Assembly (NCBI RefSeq): GCF_000186885.1
Contig: NC_014972.1
Location: 2,520,001 to 2,552,000 of the forward strand
Direction: 5' to 3'
DNA from: Desulfobulbus propionicus DSM 2032
GTDB lineage: Bacteria > Desulfobacterota > Desulfobulbia > Desulfobulbales > Desulfobulbaceae
Length of the DNA stretch: 32,000 nucleotides
Shown: positions 7,949-16,048 of the stretch, in pieces
Position numbering within the stretch: position 1 is the first letter of the stretch
How the letters are laid out: each line of letters starts with the position of its first letter
Program-made: the position numbers and the translations under genes
The notes under the pieces: model-generated
The model's input: only the letters and a program-made list of their open reading frames with translations
Databases searched by the model: none
Told to the model about the DNA's origin: nothing

Positions 7949-8416
7949 TCAGCGCTCCAACTCAACCTCCACGTAAAATGCTCCGGAGGGGGCCTGGAAA
8001 GGAAGGATGACCTGGTCCACCTCCGCCTGAGAGGTAAAGGCATACTCATCGCCGGAGATGGTTGAAGGCAAGGAGAGTTGTATATCCTTTCCCCGGTCGG
8101 AAAGAATCGTCTTCAGATTGCCGCCGAGCATGTTGGCGATTTCACCAATGGCATCCTGCACATCTTCATTGATTTCGGAAACTTCCATACCTAGAAAACT
8201 GCTGGTGACATCCAACGCCACCTGTTGGGGAAAATGGACCGCCAAAACCCCCTTATGGGTTCCGGCAAGTCCGACCATGCCGGTGATTGATTTTTTCAAC
8301 TGCCCCAGTTTTTCCAACGGTTCACCCGCCACCGCAATTTCCATCATCACCATGCCGGTGAAGATTTCTATGGTCGACTCGATGATCTTGTCGTTAATCT
8401 CGGTAAAACTGTTCAC
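7949..8416 (-). CDS. cheX: CheX-type CheY-P phosphatase (paralog).
   Basis: 155 aa. Signature DAIGEIANMLGG with Pro at +22. GTG start with GGAGGGAG 6 nt upstream. Confidence 0.85.
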   Translation of the reverse strand: MNSFTEINDKIIESTIEIFTGMVMMEIAVAGEPLEKLGQLKKSITGMVGLAGTHKGVLAVHFPQQVALDVTSSFLGMEVSEINEDVQDAIGEIANMLGGNLKTILSDRGKDIQLSLPSTISGDEYAFTSQAEVDQVILPFQAPSGAFYVEVELER

Positions 8417-8502
8417 ACTGTTCTCCCTCCAGAAGGTTCCGGATCATCGCGGGGGACCATCCGGAAAAAATTAATGTCAGAGCAAACATTGCGCCCCTGT
8501 GA

Positions 8503-8874
8503 CTACATCAGCGGGCCCAGGACCTCGTTGACCTTGTCCGGCGTAAAGGGTTTTTTCAAGGCGCCAACCGCTCCGAGACTCTTGGCCTCGCCGATGATGT
8601 CTTCTCCGGTTTCAGTGGAAATCATGAAGACAGGAATATCTTTCATGCCGGGGCGATTCGCTTTTTCCCTGAGAAATTCAATGCCGTTCATATTGGGCAT
8701 GTTGATGTCGCTGAGAACGATATCAATGGACTCCTTCTCCAGCACGGCCAGGGCTTCCTGCCCGTCACCCGCTTCATAAATCTCGCCGAAATCAAGCCCT
8801 GCCTGCCGCAGTGAACGGCTGATAATCTTGCGCATGGTGCTGGAATCATCGACAAGCAGTACGTTCTTTGCCAT
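8503..8874 (-). CDS. cheY: Single-domain response regulator CheY.
   Basis: 123 aa. LLVDDSSTMR (acidic pocket), VLSDINMP (acceptor Asp), MISTE, LKKPF. GAGGAGG lies 5 nt upstream of the ATG. Confidence 0.9.
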   Translation of the reverse strand: MAKNVLLVDDSSTMRKIISRSLRQAGLDFGEIYEAGDGQEALAVLEKESIDIVLSDINMPNMNGIEFLREKANRPGMKDIPVFMISTETGEDIIGEAKSLGAVGALKKPFTPDKVNEVLGPLM

Positions 8875-9089
8875 TCTTACCTCCTCTGTTTTTCCTAAGA
8901 AATTAATTCAACCCCTTGCGAGTCCCCGTATTGGCAACTTTTGGGGAACCCGGGAAAGTGTTTCGTCTGGGCTATTCTATCAACATGAAAACCGGGAAAG
9001 CAAATTTTTCTTTGCAAAAAGCCGTTTCTCTCCAAGGGGTTCAAGGTGCACGCGGCAGCACGTCGTCTGCTTGACCACGCAGACGCTCT

Positions 9090-9105
9090 TGCAAGTTTGC
9101 GGCCA
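9090..9105 (-). promoter_or_regulatory. Sigma-54 (-24/-12) promoter for the cheY-cheX-cheX operon.
   Basis: The reverse strand reads TGGCCG-CAAAC-TTGCA, with exact GG/GC spacing relative to the TGGCAC-N5-TTGCA consensus. It lies about 215 nt upstream of the cheY ATG. Confidence 0.55.
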
Positions 9106-9339
9106 TCCATCTGCCTGTCTCGATCCAGGAGGGCGGTTTCCGGCAACATGTCCGGCAGCGCGTGTCCCCCTTCTTCATATGGCTACACCAATCGACCGGT
9201 TCGGGGAACCACTCCATCCGGCGCCGAGCAAACTGGCCGCCAAAAAAATGACTCCCCGGACCGCCTTGCGCACCCAACCACACCTCGACATGGACCTGTC
9301 GCCGGTAGCCTGTTCCCAATCAGTCGCTGTCGGTGAGGA

Positions 9340-9355
9340 TGGAATACATATTGCT
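9340..9355 (+). promoter_or_regulatory. Sigma-54 (-24/-12) promoter for the AMIN/TPR-flgB operon.
   Basis: TGGAAT-ACATA-TTGCT with exact spacing. The downstream TTGCTTGAGA is shared with the flhB promoter. It lies about 75 nt upstream of ATG 9431. Confidence 0.55.
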
Positions 9356-9430
9356 TGAGAACGAACAACATGTATTCCTCCTTTTCCAGATGACAGCTCC
9401 CGGTTCGATTTTGTTGCCCGACCCATTGCC

Positions 9431-11860
9431 ATGACAATCCGATCGCTCATCCTCTTCCTCCTGCTGCTGGCGGTCAATCCGTTTACCGAGGCCAGCGTCT
9501 GGGCCGCCTCGGTCCTCAAGGCCATCAACCGAAGCGATGAATCAACCTATTGGCAACTCTACCTCCATTTTGATCAGTTGCCGGGATTCCAATTGTCCAC
9601 CAATGGTCGACGAGTCGATGTGGAATTGCTCGACACCACCCCTGACCCGTTCCTGCCCTCCCTTGCCGTTGACGACAAGATGATCAAGGCGACAAGCAAC
9701 ACGCTGAAAACAAAGACCATCCTCTCCCTGTACTTCCGTTACCCCCCACAAAAGGTGACCGCTGAAAGCAACAAAGAAACAGCGATGCTCCTGCTCGATG
9801 TTCTTCTGGGCAACCAGCTTTCGGCCTCTTACCCTGAACTCAGCACCAAACTTCAAGGAGTCAGCGTGGTGAAGCGAGCCGGTGGCGATGCACTCAATCC
9901 GGTCAACATTTCCCCCTATGCGAACAACTGGCCGTCCTTTTTTACCGACTACGAAGCACCACTCTCCATCAAACCGCCTCCCGCGTTCCATCTTCCTCCT
10001 TTCCCCCTGGCTTCGGCCCTTGCGCCCGATGGCCCGTTGACAGCGTGGCTCCCGGAAGAGATTCAAACCCTGGCCAGCAACGGCAAATGGAACCAGGTGA
10101 GCCAACTGCTGCGCGAGCAGGTGGCCCTACAGCCCGATGAACGGCTCAAGGAGCGGCTGGTGCTGACTTATGCCGAAGCCCTGGTTAGGGCCGAGGTGTA
10201 TCGGGAACCCTACTTTCTGCTGCAGCGCATCATGATTCAGTACCCCGATTCGCTGTTGGCCGATTTGGCGCATGTTCTTCTCATCTATCAACAGGCCACG
10301 CGCGGTGATCAGATCAACGCCTACTATGAGCTCGACGGCCTGTTGAAGAAAATGGGGCAAAAAGCACCGTTCACCGACTCCCTTCCCCTCTTGCTGGCGG
10401 AACTGGCGCTGGTGGCCGGCCGAACCGTGGATGCGGAAAAACAACTGGCCGGGATGCACCCTGCTCAAGACACGCCGCTTTGGTTTCTCCGCTTGATGCG
10501 ACAGGCTGACCTGCTCTATGTAACAAACGAAAAAGTCAAAGCCTTGACAGCCTATCTTAATCTGGCGGCTCGAACCCCGATGCTTGCCGCCGATCCCATG
10601 TCGCTGGCCTTTTTCAGCGACTGCCTCTATGCCGCCAAACGCTTCCCGGAAGCGGCAAAACGCTACATGCTCCTCGCCGATCTGCTCAACAATCGGCCGG
10701 ATCAGGATATGGCCCTGTTTCGCGCGGCCATGGCTCATTTACGCACCCCGGCCACGGAAAAAAAGGCGCGGATCGATTTTCAACAGATTCAAGATGCCTT
10801 TGGCCAAAGCGAAGGAGGGGTACGCGCGCTGATCAAGCAGACGGATCTCGACTTTGCCGCCAAAAGAATCCCACCGCAGGAAGCGCTTTCCGTGTACGGT
10901 AAGTATGCCGCCGCAGGCGATGCAATCGCCCTTCGCGAGGAAGCCTTGTTCAAGCAGGCACTGGTGAACGCCCTGTCCGAGGAGCATGCGCCCAGCGTCT
11001 CCCAGTGCATGGAGCTGCTGCGCGGATTTCAATCCGGCAACCTGCGCACCGAGGCCACGGCCTTGCTCATTCAACAATTACCCAGCGTCATCCAGCAGCT
11101 GGTCAAGGAGGGCGAGTACATCAAAGCCCTGGTGCTGGCCAAGCAGAACAAAAAAATCTTTGCCCGCGGCTGGCTCGACCCCAATCTGCTGTTTGACCTG
11201 GCCCGCGCCTACGAACACCTCGACATGGCCGACCAGGCCGCCCAGACCTATCAATATCTCTTTGAAGTGACCGACGAGGGCCACAAGGAAAAAATCTACC
11301 TGCCCCTGCTCCAGTCCCTGTTCGCCGCCGGCGGCTATCTCCAGATCCAGGAGTATGCGGACCGCTATCACCTGCGCTATCCCAATGGGCCGAACAGGGC
11401 CCCGGTCCTGCTCATCAAGGCCCGGGCCCTGTACGCGAGCGGTCAGGCCGACAAGGCGATCAAGGTGATGACTGCGGCCAACAGTCCGCGTCTGCCGGAG
11501 CTTGAGCTCCTCAAGGGGCGGATCTTCTTTGAATCCGGACAATGGCGAAAGGCGATCGAGACTCTCGAGCAACCCGATGTCCGGCGGATGCTCGCGCAAC
11601 ACTCGATGCTCCTTGCGTTGGCCGAGGCCTATTTCCAGGATGGCAAGGACGAACAGGCCGCGCCCCTCTTTCAGCAGCTCGCCAGCGGCGAAAACGGCGG
11701 CGAGCAGGCGCGGTACCGTTTGGCGCAAATTGAAGCGAAAAAAGAGAACAAACAGCAGGCGCTTAATCTCTTCAAGGAGTTGGCCGAAAAAGGAAAAGAC
11801 CCTCTGTGGACCAAACTCGCCCGCGAGGCAGCGGCAATCCTGGACATGCAACAGCGCTGA
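9431..11860 (+). CDS. Periplasmic 809-aa protein with a signal peptide, an N-terminal beta-rich AMIN-like domain and a long TPR/alpha-solenoid. It is the first gene of the flgB operon.
   Basis: Signal peptide MTIRSLILFLLLLAVNPFTEASVWA. The beta-type segment YWQLYLHFDQLPGFQLSTNGRRVDVELLDT...TILSLYFRY...MLLLDVLL is followed by more than 600 aa of TPR-like helical repeats (for example AYEHLDMADQAAQTYQYLFE, LAEAYFQDGKDEQAAPLFQQL). Confidence 0.8.
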   Translation: MTIRSLILFLLLLAVNPFTEASVWAASVLKAINRSDESTYWQLYLHFDQLPGFQLSTNGRRVDVELLDTTPDPFLPSLAVDDKMIKATSNTLKTKTILSLYFRYPPQKVTAESNKETAMLLLDVLLGNQLSASYPELSTKLQGVSVVKRAGGDALNPVNISPYANNWPSFFTDYEAPLSIKPPPAFHLPPFPLASALAPDGPLTAWLPEEIQTLASNGKWNQVSQLLREQVALQPDERLKERLVLTYAEALVRAEVYREPYFLLQRIMIQYPDSLLADLAHVLLIYQQATRGDQINAYYELDGLLKKMGQKAPFTDSLPLLLAELALVAGRTVDAEKQLAGMHPAQDTPLWFLRLMRQADLLYVTNEKVKALTAYLNLAARTPMLAADPMSLAFFSDCLYAAKRFPEAAKRYMLLADLLNNRPDQDMALFRAAMAHLRTPATEKKARIDFQQIQDAFGQSEGGVRALIKQTDLDFAAKRIPPQEALSVYGKYAAAGDAIALREEALFKQALVNALSEEHAPSVSQCMELLRGFQSGNLRTEATALLIQQLPSVIQQLVKEGEYIKALVLAKQNKKIFARGWLDPNLLFDLARAYEHLDMADQAAQTYQYLFEVTDEGHKEKIYLPLLQSLFAAGGYLQIQEYADRYHLRYPNGPNRAPVLLIKARALYASGQADKAIKVMTAANSPRLPELELLKGRIFFESGQWRKAIETLEQPDVRRMLAQHSMLLALAEAYFQDGKDEQAAPLFQQLASGENGGEQARYRLAQIEAKKENKQQALNLFKELAEKGKDPLWTKLAREAAAILDMQQR

Positions 11861-11920
11861 CACGGCAAACGAACCACGCCCCCACCCTTGGCGAGGGCCA
11901 CAAACCAACGGAGACACATC

Positions 11921-12334
11921 ATGTCGGGAATCCAACAGTTCGACCCCACCATGAAACTTTTGCACAAGGTGCTTGACCTGCGCGCCAAGAATCAGGAGGT
12001 GATCGGCTCCAACATCGCCAACGCGGAGACGCCGGGGTATTCGGCGCAGGCGTTTTCCTTTGAGGATCAGCTGAAAAGTGCCATGACCGGCCAGGGATTG
12101 CACCCCGTGGCCACTCGGCCCGACCATATTCCCCTGGCGCCCTCCAGCCTTGAGCAAGTGGCGGGAACCGTCAGCCGCAAGCGCGACACCACCGGGATCG
12201 GCGATGAAAACAGCGTCAGCGTCGACCAGGAGATGATCAAGCTCTCGCAAAACGAAATCCTATACGAAGCGGCCGCCGCCATGCTCAAGAAAAAATTGTC
12301 CCTGCTCAAATACGCCATCAATGGTGGCGCATGA
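11921..12334 (+). CDS. flgB: Flagellar proximal rod protein FlgB.
   Basis: MSGIQQFDPTMKLLHKVLDLRAKNQEVIGSNIANAETPGY. GGAGA lies 7 nt upstream of ATG 11921. The TTG-11888 extension was rejected. Confidence 0.9.
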   Translation: MSGIQQFDPTMKLLHKVLDLRAKNQEVIGSNIANAETPGYSAQAFSFEDQLKSAMTGQGLHPVATRPDHIPLAPSSLEQVAGTVSRKRDTTGIGDENSVSVDQEMIKLSQNEILYEAAAAMLKKKLSLLKYAINGGA

Positions 12335-12373
12335 TTTGCATAACTACTGCAACACTAACGCATCGAGGTTCCC

Positions 12374-12811
12374 ATGGATATTTTCACCACGTTTGACATC
12401 GCCGCCTCGGGACTAAAGGCGCAGACGATGAGGCTGAACACCATCAGCGCCAATCTCGCCAATTCGGAAACAACCTCCACCCCCGAGGGTGGACCGTACA
12501 AGAAGAAATCGGTGGTTTTTCAGACGGAAAACCTTCCCTTCAAGCAACACCTCAACAACTCCCTGCTTGCCCAGGGACAAGCCCAAGGGGTGAAGGTGGC
12601 CAAAATCATCGAGGATACCAGCGAACCGCAACGGGTTTATGACCCCACCCATCCGGACGCCAAGGAAGACGGCTATGTGGAGATGCCCAATGTCAATGTT
12701 CTCAAGGAAATGGTGGATATGATGTCGACGACCCGCTCGTATGAAGCCAACACCACCACCATCAAGTCGGCCAAGCGCATGGCGATGCGGGCCCTCGACA
12801 TAGGGAGCTGA
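12374..12811 (+). CDS. flgC: Flagellar proximal rod protein FlgC.
   Basis: FDIAASGLKAQTMRLNTISANLANSETT...VEMPNVNVLKEMVDMMSTTRSYEAN. Confidence 0.93.
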   Translation: MDIFTTFDIAASGLKAQTMRLNTISANLANSETTSTPEGGPYKKKSVVFQTENLPFKQHLNNSLLAQGQAQGVKVAKIIEDTSEPQRVYDPTHPDAKEDGYVEMPNVNVLKEMVDMMSTTRSYEANTTTIKSAKRMAMRALDIGS

Positions 12812-12814
12812 TAA

Positions 12815-13108
12815 ATGGAACCGATTCAAGCTGTCACGCCGTCACTGACCCCGGCCCTGCCGGCGCGTTCCGCGGTCGCGCAAGCAGAAACCTCTTTTGG
12901 CGACATGCTGAAAACCATGGTGGCCCAAACCAACGAGCAGCAGCAAAACGCTGACCAGGCCCTGCAACAGGTCCATGCCGGCGGAGAAAAAAACCTGCAC
13001 GAGGCAATGATCGCCCTGGAAAAGGCCGATGTTTCCCTCAGATACATGGTGCAGGTTCGTAACAAGGCGATCAGCGCCTATCAGGAAATCATGCAGATGC
13101 AGGTGTAA
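12815..13108 (+). CDS. fliE: Flagellar hook-basal body protein FliE.
   Basis: 97 aa. SFGDMLKTMV...LHEAMIALEKADVSLRYMVQVRNKAISAYQEIMQMQV. It lies between flgC and fliF. Confidence 0.9.
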   Translation: MEPIQAVTPSLTPALPARSAVAQAETSFGDMLKTMVAQTNEQQQNADQALQQVHAGGEKNLHEAMIALEKADVSLRYMVQVRNKAISAYQEIMQMQV

Positions 13109-13179
13109 CCCCGCAGCCCCCGGCATCAGCACATCAACAGCCAATGATCATTGAGCACTAACCAGGAGCAGGGAGCATC

Positions 13180-14832
13180 ATGGCGGAACAAACGGACGCT
13201 GCCCCCCAGCAAACACAGAGTGGATGGAAGACGCTGGTCGAAACAGTCAAAGCCTGGCCGATGCCGCGCAAAATCGCCTTGGCCGCAGTCACGGCCATCA
13301 CCCTTGGCCTCTTTGCCTTCATCATCGTCCAGGCGCGCACCGCCGATTATCAACTCCTGTACGGCAATCTCGCCGAATCCGATGCCTCATCCGTGGTCGA
13401 ATGGCTGAAAGGGCAGAACATTCCCTACAAGCTGGCCAACAATGGCCACAATATCCTGATTCCGGCAAAGGATGTGTATGAAACACGGTTGAGCCTGGCC
13501 TCGTTGGGTCTGCCGCAGGGCGGGGGCGTTGGGTTTGAGATTTTTGACAAGCAATCCTTCGCCCTGACGGATTTCGTCCAGAAGGTCAACTATTCCCGTG
13601 CGCTTCAAGGAGAATTGGCCCGCACCATCGCCTCGCTCGGTCCAGTGGAAACGGCTCGGGTCCATCTGGCCCTACCGGAAAAACGGCTGTTCAAGGACCA
13701 GCAGAAACCGGCCACCGCCTCGGTGATTATCAAGCTTGCCCCAGGCAAGCGGCTGAGCGAGGCGCAGATCGAAGGGGTTGTCCACCTGGTTTCCAGCTCC
13801 ATCGAGGGGCTTGACCCCGGACAGGTGACGGTGATCGATCAAAACGGCAACGTTCTTTCCAGGATCGGCGAGAAAGGACTGTCCGGCAACCTTTCCCCCG
13901 ACATGCTGGAGTTTCAGATGCAGGTGGAACAGCGGTTGGAGGACCGGGCGCAAGCCCTGCTCGACAAATCTCTTGGGGCCAAGAATGCCATGGTCCGGGT
14001 GAGCGCCACCTTGGATTTTGCCCAGACCGAAAAGACCGAAGAGACTTTTGATCCGGAAGAACCGGTCATCCGCAGCGAACAGCTGAGCGAGGAAAAATCC
14101 GGTTCGGAGATCACCGGCGGGGTGCCGGGCGTGCAGTCGAACCTGGAAGGCAACACGGCCCAGACGGCCGGGGCCACGCCGCCTTCCAGCCGGTCACAGC
14201 GGACCACTAATTACGAGATCAGCAAGGTTGTCTCCAAGACCACCCAGCCGGTGGGCACGATCAGCAAGCTGTCGGTTTCCGTTCTGGTGGCCGACAAGGT
14301 GGTGCCCGGCAAGGACAAGGAACCGGCAAAGACCGAGCCGAGGTCGGAGACCGAACTCAAGACCCTGCAAACCATGGTGGCCTCCGCCCTGGGGATTGAC
14401 ACGGCCCGCGGCGACAAGATTGAGGTGACGTCCATGCCGTTCCTTGAATCCGCGGAAGATGGTGGACAAGAAGGTATGGCCGCCAACCTCCTGTATCAGT
14501 ACCTGCCGTTTATCCGGTATGGCCTGCTGATTCTCGGAGCGGTGCTCATCTACCTGTTCATGATCCGGCCGCTCATGAAAACCTTGCATCGCGACGTCAC
14601 GGAGCACTATAAAACCGTGGAGGAAATGGAAGCCGAGCAGGTTCAGGCGGCCGCGGCTCGAGAACCTGGAGCCGGTCCTGCGGGGGCGGGTGCCCTGGTC
14701 GGTGGCGCCGCCTACCGGGAGGCGATGGAATCCGCCCCCCTGGATCCCTTGGAGAAAATTCGGAAAGGAGTGGAGCAGGATCCGGTATTCAGCGCCCATG
14801 TGCTGAAGGGCTGGATTCATGAACAGAGTTGA
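13180..14832 (+). CDS. fliF: Flagellar MS-ring protein FliF.
   Basis: 550 aa. N-terminal TM segment, YQLLYGNLAESDASSVVEWLKGQNIPYKL, NYSRALQGELARTI, and a C-terminal TM segment. Confidence 0.93.
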   Translation: MAEQTDAAPQQTQSGWKTLVETVKAWPMPRKIALAAVTAITLGLFAFIIVQARTADYQLLYGNLAESDASSVVEWLKGQNIPYKLANNGHNILIPAKDVYETRLSLASLGLPQGGGVGFEIFDKQSFALTDFVQKVNYSRALQGELARTIASLGPVETARVHLALPEKRLFKDQQKPATASVIIKLAPGKRLSEAQIEGVVHLVSSSIEGLDPGQVTVIDQNGNVLSRIGEKGLSGNLSPDMLEFQMQVEQRLEDRAQALLDKSLGAKNAMVRVSATLDFAQTEKTEETFDPEEPVIRSEQLSEEKSGSEITGGVPGVQSNLEGNTAQTAGATPPSSRSQRTTNYEISKVVSKTTQPVGTISKLSVSVLVADKVVPGKDKEPAKTEPRSETELKTLQTMVASALGIDTARGDKIEVTSMPFLESAEDGGQEGMAANLLYQYLPFIRYGLLILGAVLIYLFMIRPLMKTLHRDVTEHYKTVEEMEAEQVQAAAAREPGAGPAGAGALVGGAAYREAMESAPLDPLEKIRKGVEQDPVFSAHVLKGWIHEQS

Positions 14833-14895
14833 CCGCTCCTCTGTATGCGGGCAAACACCAATACCCCCTGATCACTGTGAACGACAACGGCATCC

Positions 14896-15909
14896 ATGGC
14901 TGCGGCTGAAAAACTGACAGGATTGAAACGGGCAGCGATCCTCCTGATCTGTCTGGGCGAGGAGACGGCAACAAAACTGCTGCGTGAGCTGACCGACGAG
15001 GAGATCTTCAAGGTCACCCGGTGCATGGCGGAAATCGAGCATATTCCCGATGACCTCAAAACCCGGGTGCTCGAGGATTTTGAACTGGCCGCCGAAAGCC
15101 AGGCCGGTTTGGTGGTCAAGGGGCAGGAATTCGCCAAAAAACTGATTGCCGGCACCGGCAGCCGGGAACGGGAATCGAGCCTCATGCGCCAGTTCGTCAC
15201 CGGCACCGAGGCCCGGCCGCTGGAAACCATCGCCAAGATGCAGCCGTCCATGGTCGCTGGTTTGCTAGAGCGGGAACATCCCCAGACCCTGGCCCTGGTC
15301 CTGTCCACGCAGGCCACCGAGCACGCCGGCGCCATCATTGCCAAACTGCCCGAAGAAAAACGGGCGGACGTCATTCACCGGATCGCCACCCTCGACGCGG
15401 TTTCGCCGGCGGTGATCGACCGGATCGAGGAGGCCCTGAGCAAGGAAATCGGTATCGTGGTCGGTGCGCAAGAACAACGCGAGGTCGGCGGCTTGAAAAA
15501 GGTGGTCGAGATTCTCGACAGCATGACCGACAACCTGGATTCGGAGATTCTCGAAAGCCTGGAGGAAGTCGATCCGGAAATGGTGGAAGACATTCGCAAG
15601 ATGATGTTCACCTTCGAGGATCTCTGCGCCCTTGACGGCCGTTCCATCCAAATGATCCTGCGCGAGGTCAACAACGATTCCCTCACCATGGCCCTGAAGA
15701 CCGCCTCCGATGAGATCAAGGCCAAGATTTTCGCCAACATGTCCTCCAGGGCCGCCGACATGATCAAGGATGACCTGGAGGCCATGGGGCCGGTGCGGCT
15801 GTCCGAGGTCGAGGCCATGCAGCAGACCATCGTCAAGATTGCCATGAAGCTGGAAGAAGAAGGAAAACTGGTACTGGGCAGAGGCAGCGGTGGCGATGAG
15901 TTCGTCTAA
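14896..15909 (+). CDS. fliG: Flagellar motor switch protein FliG.
   Basis: 337 aa. LTGLKRAAILLICLGEETATKLL, EHPQTLALVL, and the C-terminal MSSRAADMIKDDLEAMGPVRLSEVEAMQQTIV. Confidence 0.95.
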   Translation: MAAAEKLTGLKRAAILLICLGEETATKLLRELTDEEIFKVTRCMAEIEHIPDDLKTRVLEDFELAAESQAGLVVKGQEFAKKLIAGTGSRERESSLMRQFVTGTEARPLETIAKMQPSMVAGLLEREHPQTLALVLSTQATEHAGAIIAKLPEEKRADVIHRIATLDAVSPAVIDRIEEALSKEIGIVVGAQEQREVGGLKKVVEILDSMTDNLDSEILESLEEVDPEMVEDIRKMMFTFEDLCALDGRSIQMILREVNNDSLTMALKTASDEIKAKIFANMSSRAADMIKDDLEAMGPVRLSEVEAMQQTIVKIAMKLEEEGKLVLGRGSGGDEFV

Positions 15910-16003
15910 GGTGTTCAGGGCCGATCCCCATTTCACTCCTATCCCGCTGGTACGCCGGAGTATTGCCGTTCCTCCGCGGGAAGAACCGACGATCATGGTG
16001 TAG
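15896..16003 (+). other. fliH: 35-codon ORF that is the probable original N-terminus of FliH, ending at an in-frame TAG (16001-16003).
   Basis: The ATG overlaps the fliG 3' end. Translation: MSSSKVFRADPHFTPIPLVRRSIAVPPREEPTIMV*. It is in the same frame as the 16049 ORF. The 15 codons between the TAG and ATG 16049 (EVAVPDPEPLAQETA) continue the Pro/Glu-rich composition seen downstream. Confidence 0.5.
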
Positions 16004-16048
16004 GAGGTCGCTGTTCCCGATCCCGAGCCGCTTGCCCAGGAGACAGCC

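Noticed and set aside
8880-9079. Possible c-di-GMP (GEMM-I) riboswitch in the ~200-nt cheY leader. On the minus strand, ACGGGGACUCGCAAGGGG loosely resembles the GGGACGCAAAGCC core.
   Set aside because: Only a partial resemblance to one conserved segment. I could not find the GGCAAAC/tetraloop-receptor arrangement or the two paired helices. A covariance-model scan would be needed before any claim.
9183-9371. 62-aa minus-strand ORF with a perfect AAGGAGG-5 nt-ATG start. Also a 59-aa plus-strand ORF at 9179-9358 that ends in the inverted-repeat loop.
   Set aside because: The SD-like sequence is the complement of the right arm of the promoter-flanking inverted repeat. The minus-strand ORF is Arg/Cys/Gly-rich with rare codons (CGA, AGG, CTA). 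The plus-strand ORF lacks an SD. The two sigma-54 promoters and their shared upstream region explain the interval better. I cannot fully exclude a small protein.
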